The notes beneath the pieces were generated by a model. It was not told the DNA's origin, made no database searches, and was given only the letters and a program-made list of their open reading frames with translations. Made by a program: the position numbers and the translations under genes. A DNA stretch of 64,000 nucleotides. It comes from Octopus vulgaris. Lineage: Eukaryota. Below are positions 50,086-63,617 of the stretch, in pieces. Numbering within the stretch: position 1 is the first letter of the stretch; the number at the start of each line of letters is the position of its first letter. The stretch is taken from contig OX597818.1 in NCBI GenBank assembly GCA_951406725.2, positions 100,316,001 through 100,380,000 on the forward strand, written 5' to 3'.

Positions 50086-51930
50086 TATAGGATCAAGGTA
50101 ATTCCTCCGTAGCATGATAAACGCTATCCCGACGCATCTATCTCGGTCTTGGGAGGACAGGAGAATAGTTTTCACGATAATCTAATTATCCTGTTGGAGC
50201 ATAAGAGATGTGTCCATGTTATGGAATGCTTGAGCTTGAGGTGGCAAGAATTAGGTTTGTCGGTGCCAAGCGGAAACAAACTGTGAAACTCTCATGGCAA
50301 AGGTTTAGAAATTTTCTGACTGTCTATTTATTTTTATATTTGGTCGAAAAGCCTGTCTTGTACTACTGTCAAAACGGCTATTCTTTCTCTATGCTTTTCG
50401 TTGGAAGTTGAGATACAGTTACAAAATGTCCGAATACAGGACTTCCAACGCATATTAGGGGTCAAAACATATTTTTACGCAGCTATTATTGTTCCCCTTC
50501 ATAGTTTATATATTTCATACGATCTTTGACCTTAGTTTTTACTATCGATTTTATTATGTATTTTATGTATGGTGTGAAGCATATAGACATAAAGAAGATT
50601 CCTGCTAATTTTGCCTTCGGTATCTATGTATGAGAGCGTCTGATATGCTTATCTTTGGTGTTAATGGTGGAGCATGCCAAGTTCATGAGAATAAGAGCTT
50701 TTCGTATACACGCATGCACGCATACATATACTTACATTTACTCACAAATATGTATATATATTTGTTTAGTTTTATTTTTAAGAATATATGAATGCGTTTT
50801 GTAAGTAGGAGCTAGCAAATTCACGCCGCCTCCCCACCTGTATCGTGCGTACTAAATTATCAGGTGTTAGATGCTTCGAGAAATTGTAAATAAATGTCAC
50901 TTTCTAAAATCTGATTATTGCTACTGCATATAGCAGATAACAACCAGTTTATATATTGATTTCTTACACTGAGAGATATAAGGGATGTCACGTGAAGGCC
51001 TCGGATTTATAGTGAGAATGAAACAAAACTGCATCAGTAATAAACATGTGTCAAGGACATTAGCAAGTTAAATGAAGATAAAGAACTCCAACCAAGGATC
51101 GAAATCTAGAAAGCGTGATCTTGAATGATCTACAATAGCAACGTAATATATAGATAATACATGGATTCCCTTTTTATTGTATCATCTAATTCCGTTCTTC
51201 ACTGGTTTCAGTTCAAGCTTAACTAGCGTGGACAGTTTCCTCTTTGGTTTCTTTGACATATAATCTAGCTGGCATCGATGAAAGGAATATTAATTCCCAT
51301 CACTCAAGTAACAATTTGCCACAACCGATAAAAATCTACAAATCTTATGATTGGCACTAATTAATTGAACCCAACCAACATATTATTCTTGTGTAAATAT
51401 AAGGATCGCAGATTTTTAGTTGGGGAAGAACAAGGGTATGTATGTATGTATTCCATTTCTTTTTGTTTTTAGTTGTATTAGAGTCGTTAGTGAACGGAAA
51501 TGTTTTTAACATGCAATTGAAACAAGCTACATTGAGGTAGTTTATCTCTATCTACCAATTGTAATATTCTCACGACATTATGATAAAAATCATTGCGGTT
51601 CTTGTAAATGTAAATCAGCGTTTCCCCCAAATATCCTAACCAGTGGGTCTTTAGTTATAAAATCGAACACGTTCTTCACAATAAACATTAACCATAACAT
51701 AGTTGATATAACGAGAATAGTAACTGAAACAAATCATGGCAGTTTTCGTATGGAGAAGCAAACGTTTGAAGAAAAATGTGAAAAGGAAAGAAATAATGAA
51801 AGGGTGGCAATACAAGATTAATAAACATTATACAAATGACTCCACTGGCCAAAAACTTTATATAATGACACAGATGTGCTGTCAAAGGATTAAATATAAA
51901 CAAAGTTTTCCTTTATGAATGCTTCCTTCT

Positions 51931-52262
51931 CTGAGACCCCCTTCGGTCACAACACAGATCATGGGATTGCACCTAGAAAGTAACTCTCCCAGGCACAATT
52001 CCGGGCAAGGTTGCTTATGGAAGACCAGCAGTCGCCCATGCATACCGGCTTCCCCTCTCCACCCACCAGTGTTATCCAAGGGAAAGGAAATGACCGATAC
52101 AGCTTGGCACCTGTAACATCGCAACTCATTTCTACAGCTGAGTGAACTGGAGCAACGTGAAATAAAGTGTCTTGCTCAAGAACACAACATGCAGCCCGGT
52201 CTGGGATTCGAGCTCACAACCTCACGATCGTAAGCTCGACGCTCTAACCACTGAGCAATGCT
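51931..52262 (-). mobile_element. SINE family C
   Basis: Reverse complement of the family C sequence. Confidence 0.9.
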
Positions 52263-53137
52263 TCCATAACGATAGTTAAATAATCTCAGCCGTATTTGTG
52301 ACAACACCTAACGTTTTGGTAATTATGATTCCGTGAAGAACCTGTAATGTCGTAAGAATAATGAACTAACCATGTGGAGTCTCTGTTGTTAACTTTTGGT
52401 AGATATCGACCGGCGTTGGCCTTTATTGGCCCATGTCACATCTAAGTTAACAACGCTACGTGGAATAGTATTTTAAATCATGTCTTAGAACATCATAGGT
52501 CACTTTAATACGGAGATTTTCTTAACCGAAATGCATCCAGCTGTCGTTTAGTTCAATATTACATGCATGAACTTGTTCAAGTACCGTTTGAATGTTTTGT
52601 AGTTCTTCTTTTATATCAGCCCGGATACTGCCGAATAAAGCAGGACCACTTGAGGTAAAGGAAAAAGCTGTGTCGCAATATTGTTATAATATAATATAAT
52701 ATAAGGTCGATATTGGATAGGAAATATAGCTCAAAGTCATACAGTTCTGTCACGAATTTCCCACCCTTTTGTGATGTCAATGCACATCAGAATCAACAGC
52801 CTGATGTAAAAGCGTTCAGGTTTCTCACAAGTTTTCACTATTTCAATAAATTACGATTTGGGAGACCATACACGGTCGGTTGGCACACAGGAATAATCAA
52901 TGAAATCTTCCTGATATCACACTTGTTATTCTTCATTATTACCGTGCCTTGTTATATTGCAAATCGCTCTGTTCCAATTGCAAATAAGTTTCTGTTACAG
53001 AATATTGCTCACCACTCTCCTAACCCTTCTAAATTTCTGGAAAAAATCGAAGTGAATGGATCTCCACGGGCCATGGTATTGCGTAGCCTATTTCAAAACG
53101 TAAAGAATGGGAGAGATAATTCTATATCAATATTTGA

Positions 53138-53552
53138 AGGGGGCGAGCTGGCAGAAACGTTAGCACGCCGGGCGAAATGCTTAGCGGTATTTTGTCTGCG
53201 TTACGTTGTGAGTTCAAATTCCGCCGCGGTCGACTTTGCCTTTCATCCTTTCGGGGTCGATAAATTAAGTACCAGTTACGCACTGGGGTCGATGTAATTG
53301 ACTTAATACCTATGTCTGTCCTTGTTTGTCCCCTCTGTGTTTAGCCCCTTGGGGTAATAAAGAAATACGTATTTAGACTGCCGCTACTTTCTGAGTTCAA
53401 ATTCCGCCGAGGTCGACTTTGCCTTTCATCCTTTCGGGGTCTTTTAAATAAGTACTAGTTACGCACAGGGGTCGATATAATCGACTTAATCCGTTTGTCT
53501 GTATTTGTTTGTCCCCTCTGTGATTAGCCCCTTGTGGGTAGTAAAGAAATAA
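53138..53552 (+). mobile_element. SINE family A dimer
   Basis: Full unit followed by a 5'-truncated unit. Confidence 0.88.
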
Positions 53553-54518
53553 ATATTTGAATGATACTCTACACTATCGACACCAGAACGTAAAAAAGGA
53601 AAATTATTGTTGCTAGGATTGGAACTCTGAGCTCAGAAACCGAAACGAATATCGTAAAATATTCTAACCATCAATTTAATGTTTGGCGGTGCGTCACCCC
53701 AATATCACACGCAAAGGTCTTTAAAATGGCCGGGTAATATACAATTGGTAATGTATTCTGAGATAGGCTAATAAAAGACAAAGAAACAGACAAACAAATC
53801 AGACGGTGTTTTCAGGGCTGGATTGCTTTTGATCTCAGTTACATTCGATCAGGTCTAATCAGGATTCTAAACAACGAAAAGGTTCATTATGACGACGCAT
53901 TTTGTTGATTGATAGCCACTTTGGGGAGAAGATATTCATTAAAGTCAAAAGCACCACAATAAATACAATTTGATGGCTAATTATACAATACCACGACCGG
54001 TCTTGTATGATGTTACTATTTAAGTTGGCAATGAACTGTTGCTATTTGTTGTTGCTATTCAGCCTTAGGTCACATCTGCAAAAGCAGAATTATGATCAAA
54101 GGCTTTGCAGCTATGACGATTCTGCTATTTTATAGTTGTGAGCAGGACTACGTTATTTAATACGTCCTTTGTTTAAGACAGCAAGGTGTGTGATTTAAGG
54201 AGAAATATAGCTGCTATTTTTAGCATGTCAATCGATCAGAGTGAGCTACACACGTTGGCTCGCTGTTGCCCAACAGATATCCTTTATTGTGCTTGGCAAA
54301 ACTACAGAAGAATCCGTTTGTAGAAATGGTTTATTAAAGATTTCTGGATTTTTTGTAAACACTCCTCCAGCGCACAGATCAAATCGAAGGAATAACTAAA
54401 AAGAAGATAGCCCTGCCAACTTTATTCTCCTCTATGCACTCCCTACATAACTGTAAAATAAAAAAAAAACTCACTGTTATTGAATCATTATTATTATTAT
54501 TATTATTATTACTCTTAA

Positions 54519-54560
<42 letters not shown>

Positions 54561-54639
54561 CATGTAAGACTCTCGGATAGTTCTTAATTACGGGTTTTTC
54601 TTTACTTGAAAGCAGGCAACAACAAGTTACCAAAGGTTT

Positions 54640-55120
54640 TAAGTATTGCCTCCTCCTCTGACCTAAAGAGACAATAATCTCTTTAGAATGCGAGATCTAC
54701 TTCTGGATCACCTCGAACCTGACAGCTGCTCCAATATTCCTTGGAAACGGGTCTTAATGCCCCGATTACTACCGGTATCACCATTGCTATCGTCATGGTC
54801 GATAAATTTTCTATCTCATCCCGCAATAGCTAGGTTTCTCAATCTTTTCTGTTTCCTTACATTTCACCCGCGAATCGCTTAGTACTGCAACAACTGTTAT
54901 CTTTATCATTTTTATGGGTGAGCACGATATCTGGTTATCTTGGTCGCAGTATATCTTAAAATCCCAGACAATTTTGCAATGTTCGTTTTCCATTACTCCC
55001 TCTGTCTTGTGTTCATAGCATTGTTCTCGAGGTTTGCATTACCGCACAACAGCCAGTGGACATATCTGGCCACATTGTCACGTCTCCTTTTATATTCGCG
55101 TTGTGTTATTGTCGTTGCGG
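54640..55120 (-). mobile_element. Old R4/Dong-type LINE RLE fragment; (AAT)n tail at ~54487-54560
   Basis: RRDNVARYVHWLLCG, ENEHCKIVWDFKIYCD, KEIIVSLG. Confidence 0.7.
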
Positions 55121-55146
55121 TTCTTCTTCTTCTTCTTCTTCTTCTT

Positions 55147-55177
<31 letters not shown>

Positions 55178-55201
55178 TTATTATTATTATTATTATTATT
55201 A

Positions 55202-55239
<38 letters not shown>

Positions 55240-57020
55240 TAGTTTTATTTTTATTTTTATAGCGTGCTTTCACTTCACTACCGAGCGCAGCTCTGTGTGC
55301 CTTGGGTATGTGCTGTGATTTGTTGTGATGCTCTGATGGTTATTGTATGGAAAGTGCTCTGCGTAGGATGTGTGCAGTGCCTAGTAGTGCAATTTTCTGT
55401 ATGTTATATGTGTTTGTAAGTCCTGGTGTTTTTGTTATGTATTTGTCTGAATATTTTTTTATCATGCCTAATGCACCTACTATGATAGGAATTGTTTCTG
55501 TTTTCAGATTCCACATTCTAGTTACCTCTATTTCCAGGTCTTTGTATTTTGAGAGTTTCTCCATTTCTTTTAGAGACACGTTGTCATCTGCCGGTACTGA
55601 TACATCAATTAGAAAGCATTTTTTTTCTTCATGGTCTCTGACAACTATATCTGGTCTGTTGGCCTTAATTTCTCTATCTGTGTGTATCGGCATATCCCAG
55701 AGTATGGTTGCTTTCTCGTTTTCTGTGACCTTTTCTGGTGTGTGCCTATACCATCTTTTTTCTGCTGTTATTCCATAATGTTGGCATAGCTTCCAATGTA
55801 TGTAAGTTCCAACTCTGTCATGTCTGTGAATATATTCCTTCTTAGCCAGGACTGGGCAGCTAGAGATAATATGATTTATTGTTTCTTGTCCATCTCCACA
55901 TATTCTGCAGTTACTTGTAATATTTCTTTTCATTACATGTTTTTGGTAATTTCTGGTGGGGAGGCATTGGTCTTGTGCTGCAATTAAAAATCCCTCTGTT
56001 TCTGCTTTGAGTCCTGAGCTTCTCAACCATTGCTGGGATTTTTCTTTGTCTATTTCTTTTGCGTTTAGTTTAGTCCAGTATTTACCATGAAGGGCTTTTC
56101 TTGCCATCGTTTTATCATGGTTCGTTGCTGTTCTATTTTTAGTTTGGATTTCATTTTTTTTATAGCTTTTGTTGTTTCTTCATCTTCTTCTTCTTCTTCT
56201 TCATGTTTATTAGGTGGTATGATTTCTTGTTTGTATTTGTCAGCTTCCTTAAATACTGAGAACAGTTTTTTGTTTTGCTCGTGTTTTGCCGCTATCTGGA
56301 TCAGTTTTCCTTCCTTCTGAAGTAGATATTTTTGCAGTCCTATGGTGGTTATTTTATAGTAGTTTTCCAGCTGTATAAGGCCTCTACCACCTTCTATACG
56401 TTGTATATATAGTCTTTCTATGTCAGATTTTGGGTGATGCATCCTAGATCCTGTCATTATTTTTCTTGTTTTCCTGTCTATTTTGGTCAGTTCATTTCGT
56501 GTCCAGTTAAGGATATTGTAGCTGTAACTTATAACTGGGACAGCTAAAGTGTTGATACCTATTATCTTGTTTTTAGCATTGAGCTCTGTGTTTAGTATTG
56601 ATCTAACTCGTCTATAATATTCTTTTTTTATTTTCTCTTTCATTTGTGTGTGTTGTGTCTTATCTAGTTCATGGATTCCTAAGTATTTGTAAATTTGGCT
56701 TTGGTCTAATTCTTTTATTTCATTTGCTTCATCTAGTGTGATGTTGTTACTCTTAACTAGTTTTCCTCTTTTCATGGTTACTTTGGCGCATTTTTCTAAT
56801 CCAAATTTCATATCTATTTCTTTGGTAAATCCATGAACTGTCTTTAATAGTGTTTCCAGCTGTTTGTCATTTGCAGCGTATAGTTTTAGGTCATCCATAT
56901 ATAAAAGGTGGCTGATCGTTTTGCCGTAACATTTATATCCGCATCCAGTTCTATTTAGCATATCAAATAGAGGTGACAGTGCCAAGCAGAAAAGGAGTGG
57001 AGAGAGCGTATCTCCCTGGA
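55240..57020 (-). mobile_element. 5'-truncated R4/Dong-type LINE (RT C-half, CCHC finger, restriction-like endonuclease)
   Basis: RGIFQGDTLSPLLF, HLLYMDDLKLY, GGRGL, ETEGFLIAAQDQ, CRICGDGQETINHIISSC, RHDRV, RPDIV, IDVSVP, KLSKY; one 1-bp frameshift at ~56093; (TTC)n(TTA)n tracts on both sides. Confidence 0.93.
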
Positions 57021-57074
57021 ATATTCCTCTTCTTCTTCTTCTTCTTCTTCTTATTATCATTATTATTATTATTA

Positions 57075-57122
<48 letters not shown>

Positions 57123-57438
57123 GCAGTAGTAGTATTAGGGGCAGCAGCAGCAGCAGTTGCTGTAGTAGTAGCTGCTGTTGCTGCTTAGCACTATATCAAG
57201 TCAGAGGTAGTAAAACGATTAACAAAGATTACTTTCTAGCTACTGACATCCTGTCTTTCCTCCATCCCTTTTCATTTCACATAAAGGCATTTCTTATAAA
57301 TGTCAAGGATTGTTGACTGCTATTTCAGACATTTCATTCTGCCGTGTTTATGTTCTTACTGTTGTTGTCGTTTTAGCTGCTATTGTTGTTGCTGTTGTCT
57401 CGTTAACAGCTCGTATCAGATAACGCCTACGATCAAAA

Positions 57439-57716
57439 CGTACATAGGACTATATTATAATGTGTCCTTCAGCAGAGATATGTGGTTTAATAATATCTCG
57501 GTTGTTATTTCTAGCAGATTGACCATCACAATATTTCTTCCTCGCTCAATAACAAAACGGTGAAAATTAATATGGCGTACATAGGACTATATTATAATGT
57601 GTCCTTCAGCAGAGATATGTGGTTTAATAATATCTCGGTTGTTATTTCTAGCAGATAGACCATCACAATATTTCTTCCTCGCTCAATAACAAAACGGTGA
57701 AAATTAATATGGCGTA
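57439..57716. repeat. 137-bp tandem duplication
   Basis: 57439-57575 repeated at 57576-57712 with one visible mismatch; CGTA at both junctions. Confidence 0.9.
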
Positions 57717-58171
57717 GCACATCTTATTATACTGCAGAATGGAAAACATTTAAGCGTAATTGTTGAAGGCTATGTTTGTGATTAATGAGTTAATATTCAT
57801 ATTTATTGATTAAGGTTATTGGTTTTCATATTATCGTGAAGCACCTGTGACTAAAGCATGACGTCATCGCATTCCTTATCGTGACATGCAATATAGTTAT
57901 CAGCTATATCTTTAAATATAAACATGCATCACCATCATAATACCACAGCCACCAGCATCTCACCTTCGATATCGTCACTTGTACATAGGTACATAAACAC
58001 ACACACACACACACACACACGCACGCACGCACACACACACACACGCACACACACGCACACACGCAGCACACACACAGAGGCACACATAGATACATACATA
58101 CATACATATATTTATACACACACACACACACACATACACATATATATATATATATATATAAACAAAGTGGA

Positions 58172-58508
58172 TGAGCAATGGCCTAGTGGTTAGGGCAGCG
58201 GACTCGCGGTCGTAGGATCGCAGTTTCGATTCTCAGGCCGGGCACTGTGAGTGTTTATTGAGCGAAAACACCTAAAGTTCCACGACCCCCCGGCATGGAG
58301 TGGTGGTGAACCCTGCTGTACTCTTTCACTACAACTTCTCTCGCTCTTTCTTCCCGTTTCTATTGTACCTGAATTTCAAAGTGCCAGCCTTGTCACAGTC
58401 TGTGTCACGCTGAATCTCACCGAGTACTACGTTAAGGGTACCTTAAGGGCTGTTCCGTTGATAGGATCAACTGGAACCCACGCTGTCATAACTGACGGAG
58501 TTCCACGA
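58172..58508 (+). mobile_element. SINE family E
   Basis: TGGCCTAGTGGTTAGGGCAGCGGACTCGCGGTCG...GTTTCGATTCTC tRNA-like head. Confidence 0.85.
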
Positions 58509-58739
58509 ATATATCCATATATATTTGTGTCTGTATGTATGTATACTTCTTGGGTTACGAATTCCTGAAACTACTTTTACGCAACTTAAAACTGATCGTC
58601 AAGGAACAGCATTACTGAGTATGCATAAAAATTCTTCAAATATAAGCATCCTGACAGAAAGACGGGTATACAGAAGGACAGAATGCCATAGAGGTGCATT
58701 CGTGTGTGGCGGTCGTTGCTGTAGGATACGGATATAGTA

Positions 58740-59084
58740 ATGGCGTTGATGATAATGTTGATGATAATGAGGAGGGGGAAGAGGTTAGGATGATGGTGAT
58801 GAGGAGGAGGTGATGATTATGTTGATGACGTTGATGATGAGGAAGAAGAATAAGTGATGATAATGATGACGATGATGATGATGGTGATGAGGAAGAGGTG
58901 ATGATTATGTTGATGACGTTGATGATGAGGAAGAAGAATAGGTGATGATTATGTTGATGACGATGATGGTGAGGAGGAGGAGGAGAAGGAAGAGGAAGGG
59001 TGGAAGCAGAAGATGTAATGATGATAATGATGTTGAGGACGATGACGATACAGATGATGGGGAAGAGGAAGAAGTGAGGATAAC

Positions 59085-59133
<49 letters not shown>

Positions 59134-59264
59134 TTGATGATTAGCAGGAGGAGATGATGATGAGGCTGTTGATGATCATGATGACGATAACAATGATGAA
59201 AATTATAATGGTAATAATGATGATAACGAAGATGATGGAAAGTATGGAGATGACGATGATAGTA

Positions 59265-59310
<46 letters not shown>

Positions 59311-59749
59311 CTAGGATGATGACAAGGACGATTTGGGTGAAAATATTGTCGGTAGTTGTGATGCCGTGTTGCAGTGGAGTGGAAATAACCAGTGATGGCC
59401 ATGAGGTGGAGATAATGTTGGTACAGCTTACAATGGTGGCACTGGCGGTTAATGGCGTCGATGGTGACGATAACGACATGGCTGTATGCGAAGAAGGAAA
59501 ACGGAAAGAAGGTGCTTAAGAAGAAGATGGAGCGGTTGTGATGCAGATGAATGCGATAAAGGCGACGACGATAATTGTGATAATTGACGATGATGATAAT
59601 GATGATGAAGATGATGATGATAATGATGACGATGACGACGACGACGACGATGATGATGATGATGAGGATAATGATGATGAAGATTATGATTATTATTATT
59701 ATTATTATTATGACTATGATGATGATTATGATAGTGATGATGATTATGG

Positions 59750-59788
<39 letters not shown>

Positions 59789-59960
59789 CGATGACAAAGG
59801 CGATGATAACGATAAATGTGACAGTGATTATGGTGATAACGATGACGATGTTGATGTGGACGATGTTGATGGTGATGGTGGTGGTGATGATGATGATGAT
59901 GATGATGATCATTATAATAATGATGGCGGTAACGACGACGATGATGATGATACAAACAAC
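58740..59960. repeat. Degenerate (GAT)n/(GAC)n/(GAG)n low-complexity tract
   Basis: Seen directly; source of spurious poly-I/H/D/M ORFs. Confidence 0.9.
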
Positions 59961-60818
59961 GATGCTCTTACTGCTGCTGATGCTGAGGGAAATCATAGTA
60001 GGTAATGGTGGACGAGATGGGGGCGTGTTTGGGATGAGTTTAATTGTGAAGAGGTGATGGTGTCGGTGTGGAAGAAAGTGAAGAGATGATTTGTCGGTTG
60101 ATGATTTCACTGATAAAGGATGGGAAATCGAGGAAAATGATCACAAAGTGTAAAATGGTCCCAGGGTGGTAGTGGGTGGTGTAAGGCAGAATATCGACCA
60201 GGGTATCACTCAACATATTCCAGCGCACGCATTACGAAAAAAAATGAGAAAAAAATACATGCTTACACACAAGCATACATACAGGAACATTAATAGGCTT
60301 ACCTTTATATACACATGCGCATACACACAATTATACTCGCAAGCAAGCATGCATGCATAAATTCGTATTGAGCAATTGGACATAAATATACGCACAGGCA
60401 TACATGCATGGCTGCTGACATATGTATATATATATATGTATATGTGTGTATGTGTGTGTGTGTGTGTGTGCGCGCGCGCGTGTGCGTGCGTGTGTGTGTG
60501 TGTATACGTATATCAATACATACACTTGCAAACATGCATTATACCAAAATCACTATCTACACACATATCTGGTTGTCACTTGTGTATCATTGAATCTATC
60601 AATCAATCCGCCTACGTAACTTTCTGTTTAACTGCCTATCAATCAGTCAACCAATCAATCACTCGCTCTATGTATATATGTATGTATCTATCTATCTATC
60701 CCTCTATGTATCTATCCATTTTTCTATCTATCTATCTATCTATCTATCTGTCTATCTATCAATCTATCCATCCATTCATCCTCCGTCCGTCCGTCCATCC
60801 ATCCATCCGTCTATCTGG

Positions 60819-60901
<83 letters not shown>

Positions 60902-61347
60902 CGATCGATCTACCATCAACACATTTACCGCTCCTTTGTCAGCATAGATATCTATCCTTGATTGCAACTAACTAACCGTCTGTCTATCTGATTGTTTAAT
61001 ATAACAATCTATTTACCTGACTATTTGTTTCCTGAAATTCATTCGACTCAATAAATGAATCTCTCAGTCAGTCCTTCTTAGTACTAATGTACTTACCTAT
61101 GGCTAAGAATTGTAATTCTTAGCAGTCAGATTCACTCTGCGTTCCAATAAGTAGTTATAGAATGGACTTTACTGCGCCTACTAGCATCCCGAGAAATACA
61201 CAATTTACAGTCAACGACTTACAAAAATGCTCAGAATGCGTATATACTCATCTTAGTTCAGGTAGAAAGGAAGGCCATTAATTTATCTTCGTATATCACG
61301 AGATTTCGATCACTTAAAATATCTGTCATCATGATCTGGGAGAACGC

Positions 61348-62110
61348 AATATTTACTCTGTATAAGGCGGCGAGTTGGCAGGATCGTTAGCACGCCGGGC
61401 GAAAAGCTCAGCGGTATTTCGTTTGCCGTTACGTTCTGAGTTCAAATTCTGCCGAGGTCGACTTTGCCTTTCATCCTTTCGGGATCGACTAAATAAACAC
61501 CATTTACGCGCTGCGGTTGATGTAATCAACTTAATTCCTTTGTCACTCCTTGTTTGTCTCCTCTATGTTTAGCTCCCTGTTGGCAATAACGAAATAAATA
61601 TTTACTTTGTATAAGTCTGCAAGCTGGCTAGAAGGCTAGCACGCCGGGCGAAATGTTTAGCAGTATTTCGTCTATCGCTACATTCTGAGTTCAAATCCCG
61701 CCGAGATCGACTTTGCTTTCATCCTTTTTGGGTAGATTCAATAAGTACCAGTTGCGCACTGGGGTCGATGTAATCAATATAATTCCTTTGTGTGTCCTTG
61801 TTTGTCCCCTCTATGTTTAGCTCTCTTTGAGCAATAAATAAATAAATATTTACTCTGAGTAAGGCGGCGAGCTGGCAAGAACGTTAGCACGCCGGGCAAA
61901 AATGCTTAGCGGCATTTCGTCTGTCGCTACGTTCTGAGTTCAAATTCCGCCGAGGTCGACTTTGCCATTCATCATTTCCGGGTAGATTCAATAAGTACCA
62001 GTTACGCACTGGTGTCAATCTAATCAACTTAATTCCTTTGTGTGTCCTTGTTTGTCCCTTCTATGTTTAGCCGCCTGTGGGCAATAACGAAATATATATT
62101 TACTCTGTAT
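61348..62110 (+). mobile_element. Three tandem full-length SINE A copies (~249-bp period)
   Basis: Each unit is preceded by an ATATTTACTCTGTAT-like spacer, which occurs 4 times. Confidence 0.9.
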
Positions 62111-62744
62111 GGGAATACTGAATATTATTTTTCCTCTGTTGGCAACTGTATAGACTACATTAATAAGTTGCTGGGCCTTAGTAACAATGGTATCAGTATC
62201 GTACAGTATGTAATTATGATATATTTGATGTTAGCATTGTTTCAAAGTTTCGCAGAGAATTTACTGAAATACTGCCGGAATTTCAAATGAAGACAGAGTT
62301 TCTCCGAACTGTTGAGTCACAGCTGGCTTCTGTGCAGCAGAAACTAAAATATATGAGTGCGTGTAGTTTTTTCTTCTACGCGTGAACTGAACGTAGAATA
62401 AAAAAGTAAATAAAAATAAAAGTTATATAGATAGGTAGATACGCATATGGACGAACATACAGAGATAAACAGAAAGACAGATAAACAGATAGCTATAGAT
62501 ATTGATACAGATATGGAAAAGAGAACACGATATCAATATTGTTAGCTGTTCCCCAGCACCTATTCAATTTCATAAGAGTACTGAAAATAATTGTCTATAT
62601 GTAATACGCATAAATCTTTACTCCAATATAATTGGATACCTCTGTCATAATTCTCGCTGTTGTGCAAAACACAGGTAAGGTACTGTTTGTGTAAGTTTCT
62701 TTCTTTATAAATATATATTTATATGTATGTGCATATATATATAC

Positions 62745-63037
62745 AAACAATTTTTACTTTACCACACACCGAACTTTTAGAAATAGCAGCCAAAGAATTT
62801 AGCTATTTCCTCTACTATAAGAAGAGTCTCCCAAACAATGTATACTCAAAAACAATTCTCGTAGGTATAGAGGGAAAAATAACGAAAGATCACACGTACA
62901 TCGATTACTTGAGAACGCCGTTTCTGGATTAGTTAGATATAGAGATGCTAGAAATACATACCTATATCAACATTCCTGTCAACAGCCCAAGATTTCGTTA
63001 GTGGTAAAGTAAATTTTTTTGCTGAACCCTAATTATA
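62745..63037 (-). mobile_element. Diverged third copy of the TIR/hammerhead element; HHR at 62908-62991
   Basis: GCTGAACCCTAATTATA terminus; reverse complement CTTGGG-CTGTTGA-CAGGA...TCCA-GAAAC-GGC-GTT-CTCAAG; internal similarity to 7820-7930. Confidence 0.65.
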
Positions 63038-63082
<45 letters not shown>

Positions 63083-63099
63083 TTTTCCTTTTATATTTT

Positions 63100-63438
63100 A
63101 TTTGTTACAGTCATTAAATAGGGCACGGTTTTGAAGAATTTTTGGTCAAATGAATGGTGACTAATACTTGATTTTTAAAGCGTGGTATTTATTCTATCTG
63201 TATTATTTGCCGAATTGCTAGGTTACGGAGGAGTGAACACACCAACACTCTTTGTCAAGCGGCGGTACATATATGAGACGGGATTCTCTCAGTTTCTGTC
63301 TATAAAATCTATTCACACAACTTTGGCCATCCCGAGGTTAAAGGAGAAGAAAATTGCCTAAGGTACCACACAGTGGGATTGAATCCAGTAAAATGTTTTT
63401 GGGAAGCAAGGTCCTTACCACCCAGCCGATTCTACGCT
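63100..63438 (-). mobile_element. SINE family B, old diverged copy
   Basis: TGCCTAAGGTACCACACAGTGGGATTGAATCC...CTTACCAC is the reverse complement of the family B head. Confidence 0.7.
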
Positions 63439-63570
63439 TATATATGCATGGATTTATATATATATGTGTGTGTATATGCATGGATTTATATATATATGTG
63501 TGTGTATATATGGATATGCATATATGTATATACATATATATACATACATATACATACATACACACATACA

Positions 63571-63617
<47 letters not shown>

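Noticed and set aside
52300-53100. Possible piggyBac/Tc1 transposase scraps and the 194-aa ORF 52713-53297
   Set aside because: Motifs are too degraded to assign, and the ORF runs into a SINE.
59432-59481. Possible 50-nt minus-strand exon (MSLSSPSTPLTASATI) with good-looking AG and GTAAG sites
   Set aside because: Lies within low-complexity sequence where such sites arise by chance; no supporting homology.
58905-60110. 401-aa ORF and overlapping poly-His/Asp/Met/Ile ORFs
   Set aside because: Translations of a degenerate (GAT)n tract, open in several frames on both strands, with no domain.
61348-62110. Regularly spaced short repeats resembling a CRISPR array
   Set aside because: The intervening units are near-identical SINEs, the context is eukaryotic, and there are no cas genes.
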